In this document: piece by piece, positions 19,727-29,844 of the stretch
Layout of the letters: every line of letters starts with the position of its first letter
Numbering within the stretch: the stretch's first letter is position 1
Assembly: GCA_964291285.2 (NCBI GenBank)
Contig: OZ219787.1
Location: 1,952,001 to 2,016,000 of the forward strand
DNA from: Alphaproteobacteria bacterium
GTDB taxonomy: Bacteria > Pseudomonadota > Alphaproteobacteria > Bin95
Direction: 5' to 3'
DNA length: 64,000 nt
The notes under the pieces: model-generated
The model's database searches: none
What the model was told of the DNA's origin: nothing
Seen by the model: the letters and a program-made list of their open reading frames with translations, nothing else
Program-made: the position numbers and the translations under genes

Positions 19727-22614
19727 TCGTCCTTCCTCGAAAGGTGGCGGTAATCGTTCCAGGCCCCGGCGAATTCCGGCCTCGGCTCGGCGAGATAGGG
19801 CATCGCCTCCTCGTCGAACGCGGCGACGAAGCGCCGGATGCCCTCGCGCGTCGCCTCGACGACCTCCTCGACATTGTAGGGGCCGCGCGACCTGCCCCGC
19901 TCCTGCCTGTCGTTGGCGACCGAAAGCGGCGCCGGCCTGTCGCCGCGTCCGCCGCCGGTGCGCCAGTATTCCAGCGCGGCCGCCCCGCCCGCCGGGCAGC
20001 CGGGAAAGCCGCCGTCCGCGGCGATGACGGCCTCGATGGGCAACTGCCGCGCGGTGCGCCGGGCGACATCGGTCGCCGACGGCGGGTTGCCGGACTTGTA
20101 ATCGACGATGACGGGGCCGCCGCGGGCGCGCAGTTCCAGCCGGTCGGCGCGGGCCGTCAGCGTGAACGGGCCTGCCGGGCACTCCAGCCGCGTCTTGCCG
20201 GCAATCTCGGTCAGGATGCGCTCGATGGCGGGCCGGCGCGCCTGCTCGACGGTCCAGACATTGGCGGCCGCGCGCTCGAACCGCGGGTTCCAGAAGGCCG
20301 CCGCCAGCGGCCGGTCCCCGTATCGGGCGAACGCCTCCCGGCCGATGGCGAGCAGGTGCTCCCAGGCTTCGTCCGGCAGGTCCGGGCCCGGATAGCCGCG
20401 CATGAAGCGCTCCAGCGCCTCGTGGATCGTCGAGCCGAAATCGCGCGCTTCCGGGTCGGCGTCGATGGGGTCGAGCGGGCGGAGGCCGAGGATGTGGGAA
20501 GCGTAGATGCTGTAGGGGTCCTGGAGCCAGGTCTGGATGCGGGTGGCGGAGAGCTTGCGGGGCCGCGCGGCCACGGGCGGGCGGGGCCGCGGCGGGTCGC
20601 AGGACCGCACCTCCTCCGGCCGGTCCAGCGCCGCCTGCCAATGGGCCCAGCGCCGGTCCTCGATGTCCCGCCCGAGCGCCCGGGCCACGGTCTCCAGCCG
20701 TTGCAGCCAGGGCGAGGGCACGGTCGGGTCGGTGCCCACCCGCTCGGCGCGCGTCAGCACCACTTCGCCGGACCCCAGCGCCTGGGCGAAATCGTGCGCT
20801 GCCAGGCCCTGCCGCGCCTCCGCCGGGGGCAGGCCGAACTGCATGCGCATCTCGCGGCTCATCCACGGGTCGGGCGCGGGCTCCGCCGGCCACGCGCCCT
20901 GGTTCAGCCCGGCGAGCACCAGCCGGTCGGCGCGCTGCAGCCGCGCTTCCAGCGGCCCGAGAATGGCGAGGCCCGGATGACAGGCGCGCGGGAGGCGCAC
21001 CGTCTGCCCGGCGGCCAGCTCGTCGAAGAGCGCGGCATAGTCGGCGGGCGCGACGGACGGCCAGGCGCCCGCAGCCTCGTCGAGCTCGGCCAGCAGCGCC
21101 GCCGCCGCTTCCCCGTCTGCGCCGCGCCAGGGGCCGGTTTCGCCGGCGAGCGCCTCCGCCGTTTCGACATGCGCGGCCAGCAGCTCCGCCAGCGGCGCCG
21201 CCTGCCGCCGGTGCAGCGCCGCCAGCGGCCGGAAGGCGCGGGCGATCCGCCGCGCCGTCTCGGCCACGCGCTTGTCCTTCGCGTCTTTCGCCTTGGCCAG
21301 CAGCCCGTCCAGCCCGTTGCCGGGGCGCGGGCCGCGCAGCAGTTCGCGCTCCAGCCGGCGGACGGCCTGGCGGAAGCGCGCGGGCTCCATGCCGCAGGAC
21401 GCGAGCGGGTGCTTGAGCGCGGCGAGCAGTTCGGCGGGGGCGAAATCCGCCGCTGCATGGGCGATGAGCCGCAGGAAGGCGCCGGCGGGCGTCCTGCCGA
21501 GCGGTATGCCGGCGCTGTCGTCCGCCAGAAGGCCCCAGCGCCCAAGCTCCACCGACACCCGCCGGGCGAGGTCGCGGTCGGGCGTCACCAGCGCGGCGGT
21601 CCTGCCGTGCTCCACCGCCTCGCGCAGCATGAGGGCGACGGCGCCCGCCTCGGCGGCCGGGTTGGCGAAGCGGGCGGTGCTCAGCCCTTCGGCGCCGTCG
21701 CCGAGTTCCGGCGCGAGGCTTTGCCAGGCTTCGGTCGTCGCCGCCGGCCGCATGGCTTCCGCCACCAGCCGGCTGCGGGGCGAGGGGCGCGCCTCCGGCC
21801 AGTCCGGCACGTCGCCGCGCGCCATGCCGAGCCGGCCCAGCAATTGCTTCAATGCCCATTGCGGATGGCCTTCTTCGACCGCCTCCCAACCCCCGTCGTC
21901 GAGATGGCGGTCGAGGCCCGGCAGCACGACGAGGCCCTGCGGCATGGCGGCGATGCAGGCCAGCAGGTCGGCCGTTGCCGGCATCACGCCGGTCGAGCCG
22001 GCGGCGATGACGCGCCCGGCCGGGGGATACTTCCGCCAGAGCGCGATCTGCGCTGCGTAGAGCCGGTTGCGCCGGTCGATGGGGTCGAGCCGCCCCTGCT
22101 CCTCCAGGATCGCCGGCCAGCGCTCCGTGACGATGGCGAGGAAGTCCAGCGTCTCCTGCCAGTGCTCCGCGAACTCCTCCGCCACCAGCGTGTCGAGGCG
22201 GCTGAAATCGAGGCGGTTGAACTGCACCTCGTCGATCAGCCGGGCGAGCGCGCCGGCAAGCTGCAGGGCGCGGTCGGGCGGAATTTGGCGGTCGCGCTGC
22301 ATGACGAGCCGGGCGAGCAGCAGGCGGCGGCCGAGCGCGGGGATTGCGGGCCTGAGGCTGAGATCGTCCGCGAGCCCGGGCTCGGCTTCGGCGCGGATGG
22401 CGATTTCGTCGGCGTCCAGCTCGCCGAGGGAGAGGATGCGCGGCAGCAGCAGCGCCTCGCCGCCCGCCGCCTCCGCGAACGCCTCGACGAGCGCGCGCCC
22501 GGCGCGGTGCGTCGGCAGGAGCACGATGTCGTCGGCGAGCGCCGGGCTGCCGATAAGCGCGCCGGCGAGCGTTTCGAGGAAGGGCGCGCCCGCGGGGATG
22601 GAGACGGTATTCAC
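19708..22614 (-). CDS. addB: Double-strand break repair protein AddB
   Basis: SIPAGAPFL, LLPTHRA, AAGSTG, ILGPLEARL, LSATRI..WL.DPY, ADRLE...VDYKSG; GTG overlaps the upstream stop. Confidence 0.94.
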   Translation of the reverse strand: MNTVSIPAGAPFLETLAGALIGSPALADDIVLLPTHRAGRALVEAFAEAAGGEALLLPRILSLGELDADEIAIRAEAEPGLADDLSLRPAIPALGRRLLLARLVMQRDRQIPPDRALQLAGALARLIDEVQFNRLDFSRLDTLVAEEFAEHWQETLDFLAIVTERWPAILEEQGRLDPIDRRNRLYAAQIALWRKYPPAGRVIAAGSTGVMPATADLLACIAAMPQGLVVLPGLDRHLDDGGWEAVEEGHPQWALKQLLGRLGMARGDVPDWPEARPSPRSRLVAEAMRPAATTEAWQSLAPELGDGAEGLSTARFANPAAEAGAVALMLREAVEHGRTAALVTPDRDLARRVSVELGRWGLLADDSAGIPLGRTPAGAFLRLIAHAAADFAPAELLAALKHPLASCGMEPARFRQAVRRLERELLRGPRPGNGLDGLLAKAKDAKDKRVAETARRIARAFRPLAALHRRQAAPLAELLAAHVETAEALAGETGPWRGADGEAAAALLAELDEAAGAWPSVAPADYAALFDELAAGQTVRLPRACHPGLAILGPLEARLQRADRLVLAGLNQGAWPAEPAPDPWMSREMRMQFGLPPAEARQGLAAHDFAQALGSGEVVLTRAERVGTDPTVPSPWLQRLETVARALGRDIEDRRWAHWQAALDRPEEVRSCDPPRPRPPVAARPRKLSATRIQTWLQDPYSIYASHILGLRPLDPIDADPEARDFGSTIHEALERFMRGYPGPDLPDEAWEHLLAIGREAFARYGDRPLAAAFWNPRFERAAANVWTVEQARRPAIERILTEIAGKTRLECPAGPFTLTARADRLELRARGGPVIVDYKSGNPPSATDVARRTARQLPIEAVIAADGGFPGCPAGGAAALEYWRTGGGRGDRPAPLSVANDRQERGRSRGPYNVEEVVEATREGIRRFVAAFDEEAMPYLAEPRPEFAGAWNDYRHLSRKDEWARTL

Positions 22615-23318
22615 GCGCTTGCCAGCGTCGCTTCGGCATGGGCGAGCCGCTCCGGCGTGCCGGCGTCCAGCCACATGCCCCCGCAGACGAGGCCGAAGAG
22701 CCGGCCCTCCGCTTCCGCCCTGTCATAGGCGCGCGTCAGCCGCCAGGCGCCGGGCGGCGGGTCGTCGAACAGGCCGGGGACGAGGATTTGCGCGCCGGTG
22801 AACAGGAAGGACGCGGTCTCGGGGTCCCGCCGCCGGCAGAGCCGCCCGTCCGACGAGAGGTGAAAATCGCCGCGTCCCTCGTAATGCACGGCCCGCGCCG
22901 TCCGGTAGAGCAGCAGCAGCGCGTCCATCCGGCGGGGGTCGAAGCCGGCCGCGAGCCTGCCCAGCCAGTCCGCGCCGTCCGGACCCCAGACGAGGTCCGA
23001 GTTGAGGACGAAAAAGGGTTCGCCGCCGAGAAGCGCCAGCGCATGGGCGACGCCGCCGCCCGTTTCCAGCCGTTCCCGCTCGCGGGAGATCAGAATGTCC
23101 GGCTGCGCCCGCCCGGCGAGATGGGCCTCGATCTCCTCCGCGCGGTGGTGGGTGTTGACGACCACACGCTCGATCCCGGCTCGCGTGAGCATGTCGAGCG
23201 CGCGGTCGATCAGCGCCCGGCCGCCGACGCGCCGGAGCGGCTTCGGCGGGCCGCCGCCGAGGCGCGAGCCGAGCCCCGCTGCCAGCACCATGGCGGTATG
23301 CGGCCGCGCGCCCGTCAT
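22611..23318 (-). CDS. murU: Nucleotidyltransferase (MurU-like, MurNAc-1-P uridylyltransferase)
   Basis: AMVLAAGLGSR, PKPL, LETGGG, WLDAGTPE; lies between amgK and addB. Confidence 0.85.
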   Translation of the reverse strand: MTGARPHTAMVLAAGLGSRLGGGPPKPLRRVGGRALIDRALDMLTRAGIERVVVNTHHRAEEIEAHLAGRAQPDILISRERERLETGGGVAHALALLGGEPFFVLNSDLVWGPDGADWLGRLAAGFDPRRMDALLLLYRTARAVHYEGRGDFHLSSDGRLCRRRDPETASFLFTGAQILVPGLFDDPPPGAWRLTRAYDRAEAEGRLFGLVCGGMWLDAGTPERLAHAEATLASA

Positions 23319-24289
23319 TCGGCCACCGGGATGCGAAGGTCGGTCGCGACATGGCGGCGGAGCCACGCCGCCAGCGGCTCCAGTGCCGGATGGGCGAGAT
23401 TGCGCTCCAGCATCCGCCGGAGCCGGGGCAGGTGGCGCATGTAGCCGGGCTTGCCGTCGCGCCGGGCGAGCCGCATGAAGGTCCCGAGCACGCGGATATG
23501 CCGCTGCGCGCCGAGGACGGCGATATCGCGCTCCAGGTTCCGGGTGTCCGGAAAGGCGGCGCGGTAGCGGGCCAGCACTGCCCTGCGCACACTTTCATCG
23601 ACATCGCGCCTGGCATCCTCGATCAGTGAGGCGAGGTCATAAGCCGGAGGGCCGCCGGCGGCGTCCTGGAAATCGAGCAGCCCGCAGGCGGCCGCGCCTT
23701 CCCGTCCGCCCAGCCGCACGAGATTGTCCACATGGTAGTCGCGCAGCATCAGCGTCTCGGGTCCCGCCAGCACGGGCGCCAGCACCTGCCGCATCGCTGC
23801 GATGAACCCTTCCCGGTCCCTCGCCTGCCTGCCGGCGGCGGGCAGGTACCAGTCGAGGAAGAGTCCCGCGCCGGCGACGAACCGGTCCTCTCCGAAAGGC
23901 GGGAATCCGTCCGCGGCGCCCGCCCGGCCCTGCAAGGCCGCCAATGCGTCGGTTGCAAGAAGATACAGTCCTTCCTCGCTTTCGCCGCTTTCCAGCAGCC
24001 GGGTGAAGGTGTCGTCGCCGAAATCCTCCAGCAGCAGCAGCCCATGCGCCGGGTCGGCTCTATAGACTTCCGGCGCGGAAAGGCCCAGTTGCCGGAGCCG
24101 CGCGGCCACCGCCGTGAAGGGCCGCACGTCCTCCTCGGGCGGCGGCGCGTCCATCAGCATAACCGTCTCCCGGCCGCGCCTGAGCCGAACATAGCGGCGG
24201 AAGGAGGCGTCGCCCGGCAACGGCTCGCGGCGGGCCTCTTCCCAGCCCGCACCGGCAAGAAAGGCTGCGATCGCGGCTTGCCGGCTCAA
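23315..24289 (-). CDS. amgK: Anomeric MurNAc/GlcNAc kinase (APH-family phosphotransferase)
   Basis: LPGDASFRRY, LMDAPP, LLLEDFG, RDYHVDNL, LDFQDA; TTG start inferred. Confidence 0.85.
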   Translation of the reverse strand: MSRQAAIAAFLAGAGWEEARREPLPGDASFRRYVRLRRGRETVMLMDAPPPEEDVRPFTAVAARLRQLGLSAPEVYRADPAHGLLLLEDFGDDTFTRLLESGESEEGLYLLATDALAALQGRAGAADGFPPFGEDRFVAGAGLFLDWYLPAAGRQARDREGFIAAMRQVLAPVLAGPETLMLRDYHVDNLVRLGGREGAAACGLLDFQDAAGGPPAYDLASLIEDARRDVDESVRRAVLARYRAAFPDTRNLERDIAVLGAQRHIRVLGTFMRLARRDGKPGYMRHLPRLRRMLERNLAHPALEPLAAWLRRHVATDLRIPVAE

Positions 24290-24726
24290 CGGCGGTCCTC
24301 GATCCGCGCCCGCCGCGCATCCCCGCAAGCGATCTCGAAGGCGATGTCGAGCCGCCGGTCGGGCAGGAAGCCGCCGAGCCGTTCCGGCCACTCGACCAGC
24401 GCCACGCCCTCGCCGAGCGCCTGTTCCAGCCCGAGTTCCACCGCCTCCTCCGGCGCGGCGAGCCGGTAACAGTCGAAATGCCAGACCGGCGGAGTCGGCT
24501 GTTCATAGACCTGCACCAGGGTGAAGGTCGGGCTCGGCACCGTCTCGGGCCTGAGCCCGGCATCCCTTTGGCGGCCTTGGATCAGCGCGCGCGCAAAGGC
24601 GGTCTTGCCCGCGCCGATGCTCCCGATCAGCCCGACCGCATCGCCCCGGCGGAGCGACGCCGCGACCTGCCGGGCGAGCCGTCCGGTCGCGGCGAGGTCG
24701 GGCAGATCGACGGCTTCGGGGAGCAT
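24286..24726 (-). CDS. tsaE: tRNA threonylcarbamoyladenosine biosynthesis ATPase
   Basis: GSIGAGKTAFARA, VPSPTFTLVQ, HFDCYRL, VEWPE. Confidence 0.94.
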   Translation of the reverse strand: MLPEAVDLPDLAATGRLARQVAASLRRGDAVGLIGSIGAGKTAFARALIQGRQRDAGLRPETVPSPTFTLVQVYEQPTPPVWHFDCYRLAAPEEAVELGLEQALGEGVALVEWPERLGGFLPDRRLDIAFEIACGDARRARIEDRR

Positions 24727-24803
24727 GGCGGCGGGACTTGATCGGGCAGGATGCGGCTTCCATGATAGTGGCCGCTGCGGCGCCCTCCAATCCCGGAGCA
24801 TCC

Positions 24804-25811
24804 ATGGAACACGAGACCGATGTGGCGATCGTCGGTGCGGGGCCGGTCGGCCTGTTCGCCGTGTTCGAGCTCGGCATGCTCCGGATCCGCGCGCATGTGG
24901 TGGACTCGCTGGAGGCGATCGGCGGGCAATGCACGGCGCTCTATCCCGAAAAGCCGATCTACGACATTCCCGGCTTCCCGAGGGTGGATGCCGGCGACCT
25001 GATTGAGCGGCTGGAGGAGCAGGCGGCGCCGTTTGCACCCGTCTATCACCTGGACCAGCGGGTCGAGGCGTTGACGCCTCTGGACGGCGGATGGCGGGTC
25101 GAGACCGCGAAGGGCACGGCGATTCGCTGCAAGGCGGTCATCGTCGCGGCCGGCGTCGGCGCGTTCGGCCCCAACCGCCCGCCGCTCGAGGGGCTGGCGG
25201 CCTATGAGGGCAGGAGCGTGTTCTACGCCGTCCGCCGGCGAGAGGACTTCCGGGACAAGCGCGTGGTGATCGGCGGCGGCGGCGACAGCGCGGTGGACTG
25301 GGCGCTTTCGCTCTCGGAAGTCGCGGCCTCGGTCGCGGTCGTCCACCGGCGGCCGAAGTTCCGCGCCGCGCCGGAGAGCGTCGCGCGTATGAAGGCGCTG
25401 GAGGCGGACGGGAAGCTGGAATGCGTCATCCCCTACCATCTCGACGGGCTGGAGGGCGAGGACGGCCGGCTGGACGCGGTCCGGGTGAAGACGCTGAAGG
25501 GCGAGACGCGCCGGCTCGAAGCCGATGTGCTGCTGCCCTTTTACGGGCTCGCAATGAATCTCGGCCCCATCGCGGAGTGGGGCCTGGGGCTTGACCGCAA
25601 CCACATCGCCATCGACCCCTCGACCTCGATGACGGACCGCGACGGCATCTACGCCATAGGCGACATCGCGACCTACAAGGGCAAGCTCAAGCTGATCCTG
25701 ACCGGCTTCGCCGAGGCCGCGGCGGCGGCGCACGACATCCATCCCCGCGTCTTTCCGGACGAGGTGCTGCACTGGGAATATTCGACGACGAAAGGCATAC
25801 CCGAGCCATGA
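24804..25811 (+). CDS. Ferredoxin--NADP reductase (TrxB-like YumC type)
   Basis: IVGAGPVG, GGQC.ALYPEKPIYDIPG, GGGDSAVDW, Y.GKLKLILTGF. Confidence 0.9.
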   Translation: MEHETDVAIVGAGPVGLFAVFELGMLRIRAHVVDSLEAIGGQCTALYPEKPIYDIPGFPRVDAGDLIERLEEQAAPFAPVYHLDQRVEALTPLDGGWRVETAKGTAIRCKAVIVAAGVGAFGPNRPPLEGLAAYEGRSVFYAVRRREDFRDKRVVIGGGGDSAVDWALSLSEVAASVAVVHRRPKFRAAPESVARMKALEADGKLECVIPYHLDGLEGEDGRLDAVRVKTLKGETRRLEADVLLPFYGLAMNLGPIAEWGLGLDRNHIAIDPSTSMTDRDGIYAIGDIATYKGKLKLILTGFAEAAAAAHDIHPRVFPDEVLHWEYSTTKGIPEP

Positions 25812-25827
25812 CCGACCCGTCCCCGCC

Positions 25828-26724
25828 ATGCCGAAAGGGCGCCGACTGTTGATCCCGACCTACACGATGCCCGGAGTGCTGACCATGCTGGGGCCCTCCG
25901 GCCCGGTGAGGCCGCTCGTGCTCGACTCGCCCCATAGCGGCACCGATTACCCCGCCGATTTCGATGCGGCGGTGGATCGGGCCACGCTGCTCGACGCCGT
26001 GGACACGGCGGTGGACCAGCTGTTCGGCGACGGACCGAGGCTGGGCGCGGCGCTGCTCAAGGCGCATTTCCCGCGCACCTATATCGACCCGAACCGCGCC
26101 GTGGACGACCTCGACGCGCGCCTTATCGACGGGTGCTGGCCCGATCCGCTCGCACCGACCGAGAAGACCCGGCGCGGCATCGGCCTGATCCGGCGCACCA
26201 TCGGCGATGACGACAGGGCGCTCTATGACCGCCGGCTCGGCGTCAAGGAGGTGCAGGCGCGGATCCGCCGCTACCACGCGCCCTATCACCGCGCCCTCGG
26301 CGGGGCGCTGGACAGGCTGATGGAGCGCTTCGGCGCGGTCTATCACCTGAATTGCCACTCCATGGGCTCGCAGAGCCGCGAGGACATGAGCCGGCGGCCG
26401 GACATGGTGCTCGGCGACCGCGACGGCACGACCTGCGAGGCGGACTTCACCGCCTACGCCGCCGAGGTGCTGGGCGGGCTCGGCTACAAGGTGCGGACCA
26501 ACCACATCTTCAAGGGCGTGGAACTCGTCCGCGCCTTCTCGGCCCCGGACGCTGGCCGCCACAGCCTCCAGATCGAGATCAACAAGGCCCTCTATATCGA
26601 CGAGGCCACCCGCCGCCCGCGCCCGGACTTCGCATCGGTCCAGGCCGATCTCGCGCATCTCATAGACCGGCTGGCCGCCTTCGCCGAAGAGCGCGCCAAC
26701 GATGCAGGGAGGGACGTGGCGTGA
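25828..26724 (+). CDS. N-formylglutamate amidohydrolase family protein
   Basis: DSPHSG, RTYIDPNR, PYH, NCHSM, LQIEINK; exact start uncertain. Confidence 0.85.
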   Translation: MPKGRRLLIPTYTMPGVLTMLGPSGPVRPLVLDSPHSGTDYPADFDAAVDRATLLDAVDTAVDQLFGDGPRLGAALLKAHFPRTYIDPNRAVDDLDARLIDGCWPDPLAPTEKTRRGIGLIRRTIGDDDRALYDRRLGVKEVQARIRRYHAPYHRALGGALDRLMERFGAVYHLNCHSMGSQSREDMSRRPDMVLGDRDGTTCEADFTAYAAEVLGGLGYKVRTNHIFKGVELVRAFSAPDAGRHSLQIEINKALYIDEATRRPRPDFASVQADLAHLIDRLAAFAEERANDAGRDVA

Positions 26725-29153
26725 AGACCCATGCAGAGGTCGTCGTTGTCGGCGGCGGGGTGATCGGCGCTTCGGTGCTGTACCACCTGACGAAGCGCGG
26801 CTGGAAGGATGTCGTGCTGGTCGAGCGCGACGAGCTCACCTCCGGGTCGAGCTGGCACGCCGCCGGCGGCATGCACACCATCAACGGCGACCCGCATATC
26901 GCGAAGCTCCAGAAATACACCATCGACCTTTACCCGGAGATCGAGACCGCATCGGGCCAGTCGGCGGGGCTGCATGTGACGGGTGGCTACCTGCTGGCCG
27001 GCACGCCCGAACGCATGGAATGGCTGAAGATGACGCATGCGCGCGGACGCTATCTCGGGCTCGATACCGAAATCGTCTCCGCCGAGGAGGCGCACAGGCA
27101 CATGCCGCTGCTCGACCCCCGGCATTTCGTGGGCGCGCTCTGGAACCCCAGTGACGGCCATGTGGACCCCTCCGGCACGACCCACGCCTATGCCGCTGCG
27201 GCCCGCGCCCAGGGCGCGGAAATCTATCGCTTCACGAAGGTCGAGGCGCTGGCGCCCCTGCCCGCCGGCGGATGGCTGGTGACGACCGGCAAGGGGGAAA
27301 TCCGCGCCGAGCATGTCGTCAATGCCGGCGGGCTCTGGGCGCGCGAGGTCGGGCGCATGGTCGGCCTCGAACTGCCGATCCTGGCGATGGAACATATGTA
27401 CCTCGTCACCGACGACATGCCGGAGGTGGAGGCATACAATCGCGAGACGGGCGGCGAGATGCTGCATGTCGTGGATTTCGAGGGCGAGATCTATCTGCGC
27501 CAGGAAGGCCGCGGCATGCTGATGGGTACCTATGAGAAGGCCTGCAAGCCCTGGTCGCCGGTGAACACGCCCTGGGATTTCGGCCACGATCTGCTGCCGC
27601 CCGACCTCGATCGCATCGCGCCGTCGCTGGAGGTCGGGTTCGAGCATTTCCCGGCCTTCAAGGAAGCCGGCATCAAGCAAGTCATCAACGGGCCGTTCTG
27701 TTTCGCGCCGGACGGCAACCCGCTGGTCGGGCCGGTGCGCGGGCTGCCGGGCTTCTGGTGCGCCTGCGCGGTGATGGCCGGCTTCAGCCAGGGCGGCGGC
27801 GTCGGCCTCGCGCTCGCCAACTGGATCGTGGACGGCGACCCCGGTTTCGACATTCACGCCATGGATGTCGCCCGCTATGGCGCCTGGGCGACGCCCGCCT
27901 ACACGCAAGCCAAGGTCCGCGAGAACTATTCCCGGCGCTTCTCGATCCGCTTCCCGAACGAGGAACTGCCGGCGGCGCGCCCGCTCCGCACCACGCCGGT
28001 CCACGACCGGATGGCGGACATGGGCGCGGTGTTCGGCGACGCCTGGGGGCTGGAGCAGCCGCTCTGGTTCGCGCCGCCGGGCGTGGAGGACCGGCTCTCG
28101 TTCCGCCGTTCCACGGACTTCGAGCATGTGGGCGCGGAATGCCGGGCCGTGCGGGAGGGTGTCGGCGTTGCGGAGACCAGCGGCTTCGCCGCATACGACG
28201 TGACGGGACCGGGCGCGGAAGCCTGGCTCGACCGGATTCTGGCAAGCCGCCTGCCGCGCGAGGGGCGCATGGGGCTGACGCCGATGCTGAACGAGGGCGG
28301 CAAGCTCATCGGCGATTTCACGCTCGCCAATCCCGGCGGCGGGCTCTGGCGGCTGGTTGGCTCCGGCCCTGCCGAGGAATACCACATGCGCTGGTTCGTC
28401 CGGCATCTGCCGGCGGACGGGTCGGTATCGGTCGTGCCGCTTGGGGCCGGCCTGAACGGACTCGCGATAGCCGGGCCGAAGGCGCGCGATGTGCTGGCGG
28501 CGCTTGTCCGCGAGGATGAGGATATTTCCGCCGAGGCGTTCCGTTTCATGGATGTGCGCCGCATGACGCTCGGTGCCATGCCGGCTCTGGTAGGCCGGGT
28601 CAGCTATACGGGCGGCCTCGGCTACGAGATCTGGGTTGCGCCCGACTACCACCGCCTTCTGCTCGACCTGCTGCTGGAGGCCGGCGGGGCGCACGGCATC
28701 CGCCCCTTCGGCAGCCGCGCGCTGAACGGGCTCCGCGTCGAGAAGCACTACGCCTCCTGGATGCGGGAATACCGTCCGCTCTACGGCCCGGTGGAGGCGC
28801 GGCTCGACCGCTTCGTCGCCTATGGCAAGCCGGCGGACTTCATCGGCAAGGAGGCGGCGCTCCGGGAGCGGGACTCGGGGGGCGAAGTGCGGCTCTGTTT
28901 CTTCTCGGTGGACGCCGACGATGCCGACGCCATGGGCGACGAGCCGGTCTGGCGCGGCGGCGAGGTCGTGGGCGCCGTCACCTCCGGCGGCTATGCCCAC
29001 TGGTCCGGCGTTTCCGTCGCCTGCGGCTATGTGCCGAAGGCGCTGGCGGCCGAAGAGGAGGGCTGGGAGATCGAAATCCTCGGCGACCGCCGCCCCGCCC
29101 GCCTCCAGCCCCATCCGCTCTTCGACCCGAACGGTGCGGCGATGCGGGGGTGA
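26721..29153 (+). CDS. GcvT-family FAD-dependent oxidoreductase (dimethylglycine dehydrogenase-like)
   Basis: GGGVIG, LTSGSSWHAAG, FAPDGNPLVGP, C-terminal aminomethyltransferase domain (VTSGGY). Confidence 0.92.
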   Translation: MKTHAEVVVVGGGVIGASVLYHLTKRGWKDVVLVERDELTSGSSWHAAGGMHTINGDPHIAKLQKYTIDLYPEIETASGQSAGLHVTGGYLLAGTPERMEWLKMTHARGRYLGLDTEIVSAEEAHRHMPLLDPRHFVGALWNPSDGHVDPSGTTHAYAAAARAQGAEIYRFTKVEALAPLPAGGWLVTTGKGEIRAEHVVNAGGLWAREVGRMVGLELPILAMEHMYLVTDDMPEVEAYNRETGGEMLHVVDFEGEIYLRQEGRGMLMGTYEKACKPWSPVNTPWDFGHDLLPPDLDRIAPSLEVGFEHFPAFKEAGIKQVINGPFCFAPDGNPLVGPVRGLPGFWCACAVMAGFSQGGGVGLALANWIVDGDPGFDIHAMDVARYGAWATPAYTQAKVRENYSRRFSIRFPNEELPAARPLRTTPVHDRMADMGAVFGDAWGLEQPLWFAPPGVEDRLSFRRSTDFEHVGAECRAVREGVGVAETSGFAAYDVTGPGAEAWLDRILASRLPREGRMGLTPMLNEGGKLIGDFTLANPGGGLWRLVGSGPAEEYHMRWFVRHLPADGSVSVVPLGAGLNGLAIAGPKARDVLAALVREDEDISAEAFRFMDVRRMTLGAMPALVGRVSYTGGLGYEIWVAPDYHRLLLDLLLEAGGAHGIRPFGSRALNGLRVEKHYASWMREYRPLYGPVEARLDRFVAYGKPADFIGKEAALRERDSGGEVRLCFFSVDADDADAMGDEPVWRGGEVVGAVTSGGYAHWSGVSVACGYVPKALAAEEEGWEIEILGDRRPARLQPHPLFDPNGAAMRG

Positions 29154-29238
29154 CGGCCTGTCGTCACGGTCTGGCATGGCAACCGGGAGCCGGGCATATT
29201 CGTCATCACAGGGACTCGCGACGGGCGTGGAGGGACCT

Positions 29239-29772
29239 ATGAAAACAGCAATCGTCATGCGTGGAATGCTTGCCCTGATTGGCATTTTCGCGCTGGCCTC
29301 GGCTTCGGCGGCGCAGCATGCGCACGGGACCTCGCCGTATGCGCATGGACAAAGCGCTGAAATCCCGAGCCTGACGCCGGAGGAGATTCGGGAACTGCGC
29401 GAAGGCGACGGTATGGGCCTTGCGCGGGCGGCCGAACTCAACCGCTTTCCGGGGCCGAGGCATGTTCTCGACCTCGCGTCCGAACTAGGCCTCGCCGGTG
29501 ACCAGGTCCGGCGAATGCAGGCCATTTACGAAGAGATGAAGGCCCAGGCAGTCGCAAAGGGCGAGAGTATCCTGGCGGCGGAGCGCCATCTGGCGGCGCT
29601 ATTTTCGTCCGGTCGGCCGTCGGCTGCGGAGGTGACGCGGGTGACGGGCCATCTCGGGGCAATGCAGGGGGAACTGAGGGCGATCCACCTGCTGGCGCAT
29701 ATCGAAGCCGCTCGCGAACTCTCTCCCGAGCAGGTCGAGAACTACCATCGGCTCAGGGGTTATTCGCATTGA
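29239..29772 (+). CDS. Secreted Spy/CpxP-like protein
   Basis: Signal peptide, SPYA, G.GMGLARAAELN.FPGP.HVL, C-terminal LSPEQ...Y.RLRGY. Confidence 0.7.
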   Translation: MKTAIVMRGMLALIGIFALASASAAQHAHGTSPYAHGQSAEIPSLTPEEIRELREGDGMGLARAAELNRFPGPRHVLDLASELGLAGDQVRRMQAIYEEMKAQAVAKGESILAAERHLAALFSSGRPSAAEVTRVTGHLGAMQGELRAIHLLAHIEAARELSPEQVENYHRLRGYSH

Positions 29773-29844
29773 CCGCAGCGGGATGCTTGAACGACACGCG
29801 GCCCGTTGGTCCGTGCCCGTAATTTTTGATCGCTAACGGCTCGT

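Noticed and set aside
16394-22726. 2110-aa ORF suggesting a giant AddA or an AddB-AddA fusion
   Set aside because: The first ~1000 aa are an Arg/Pro/Ala-rich off-frame read of addB. The real AddA starts at 19726 and AddB is in another frame.
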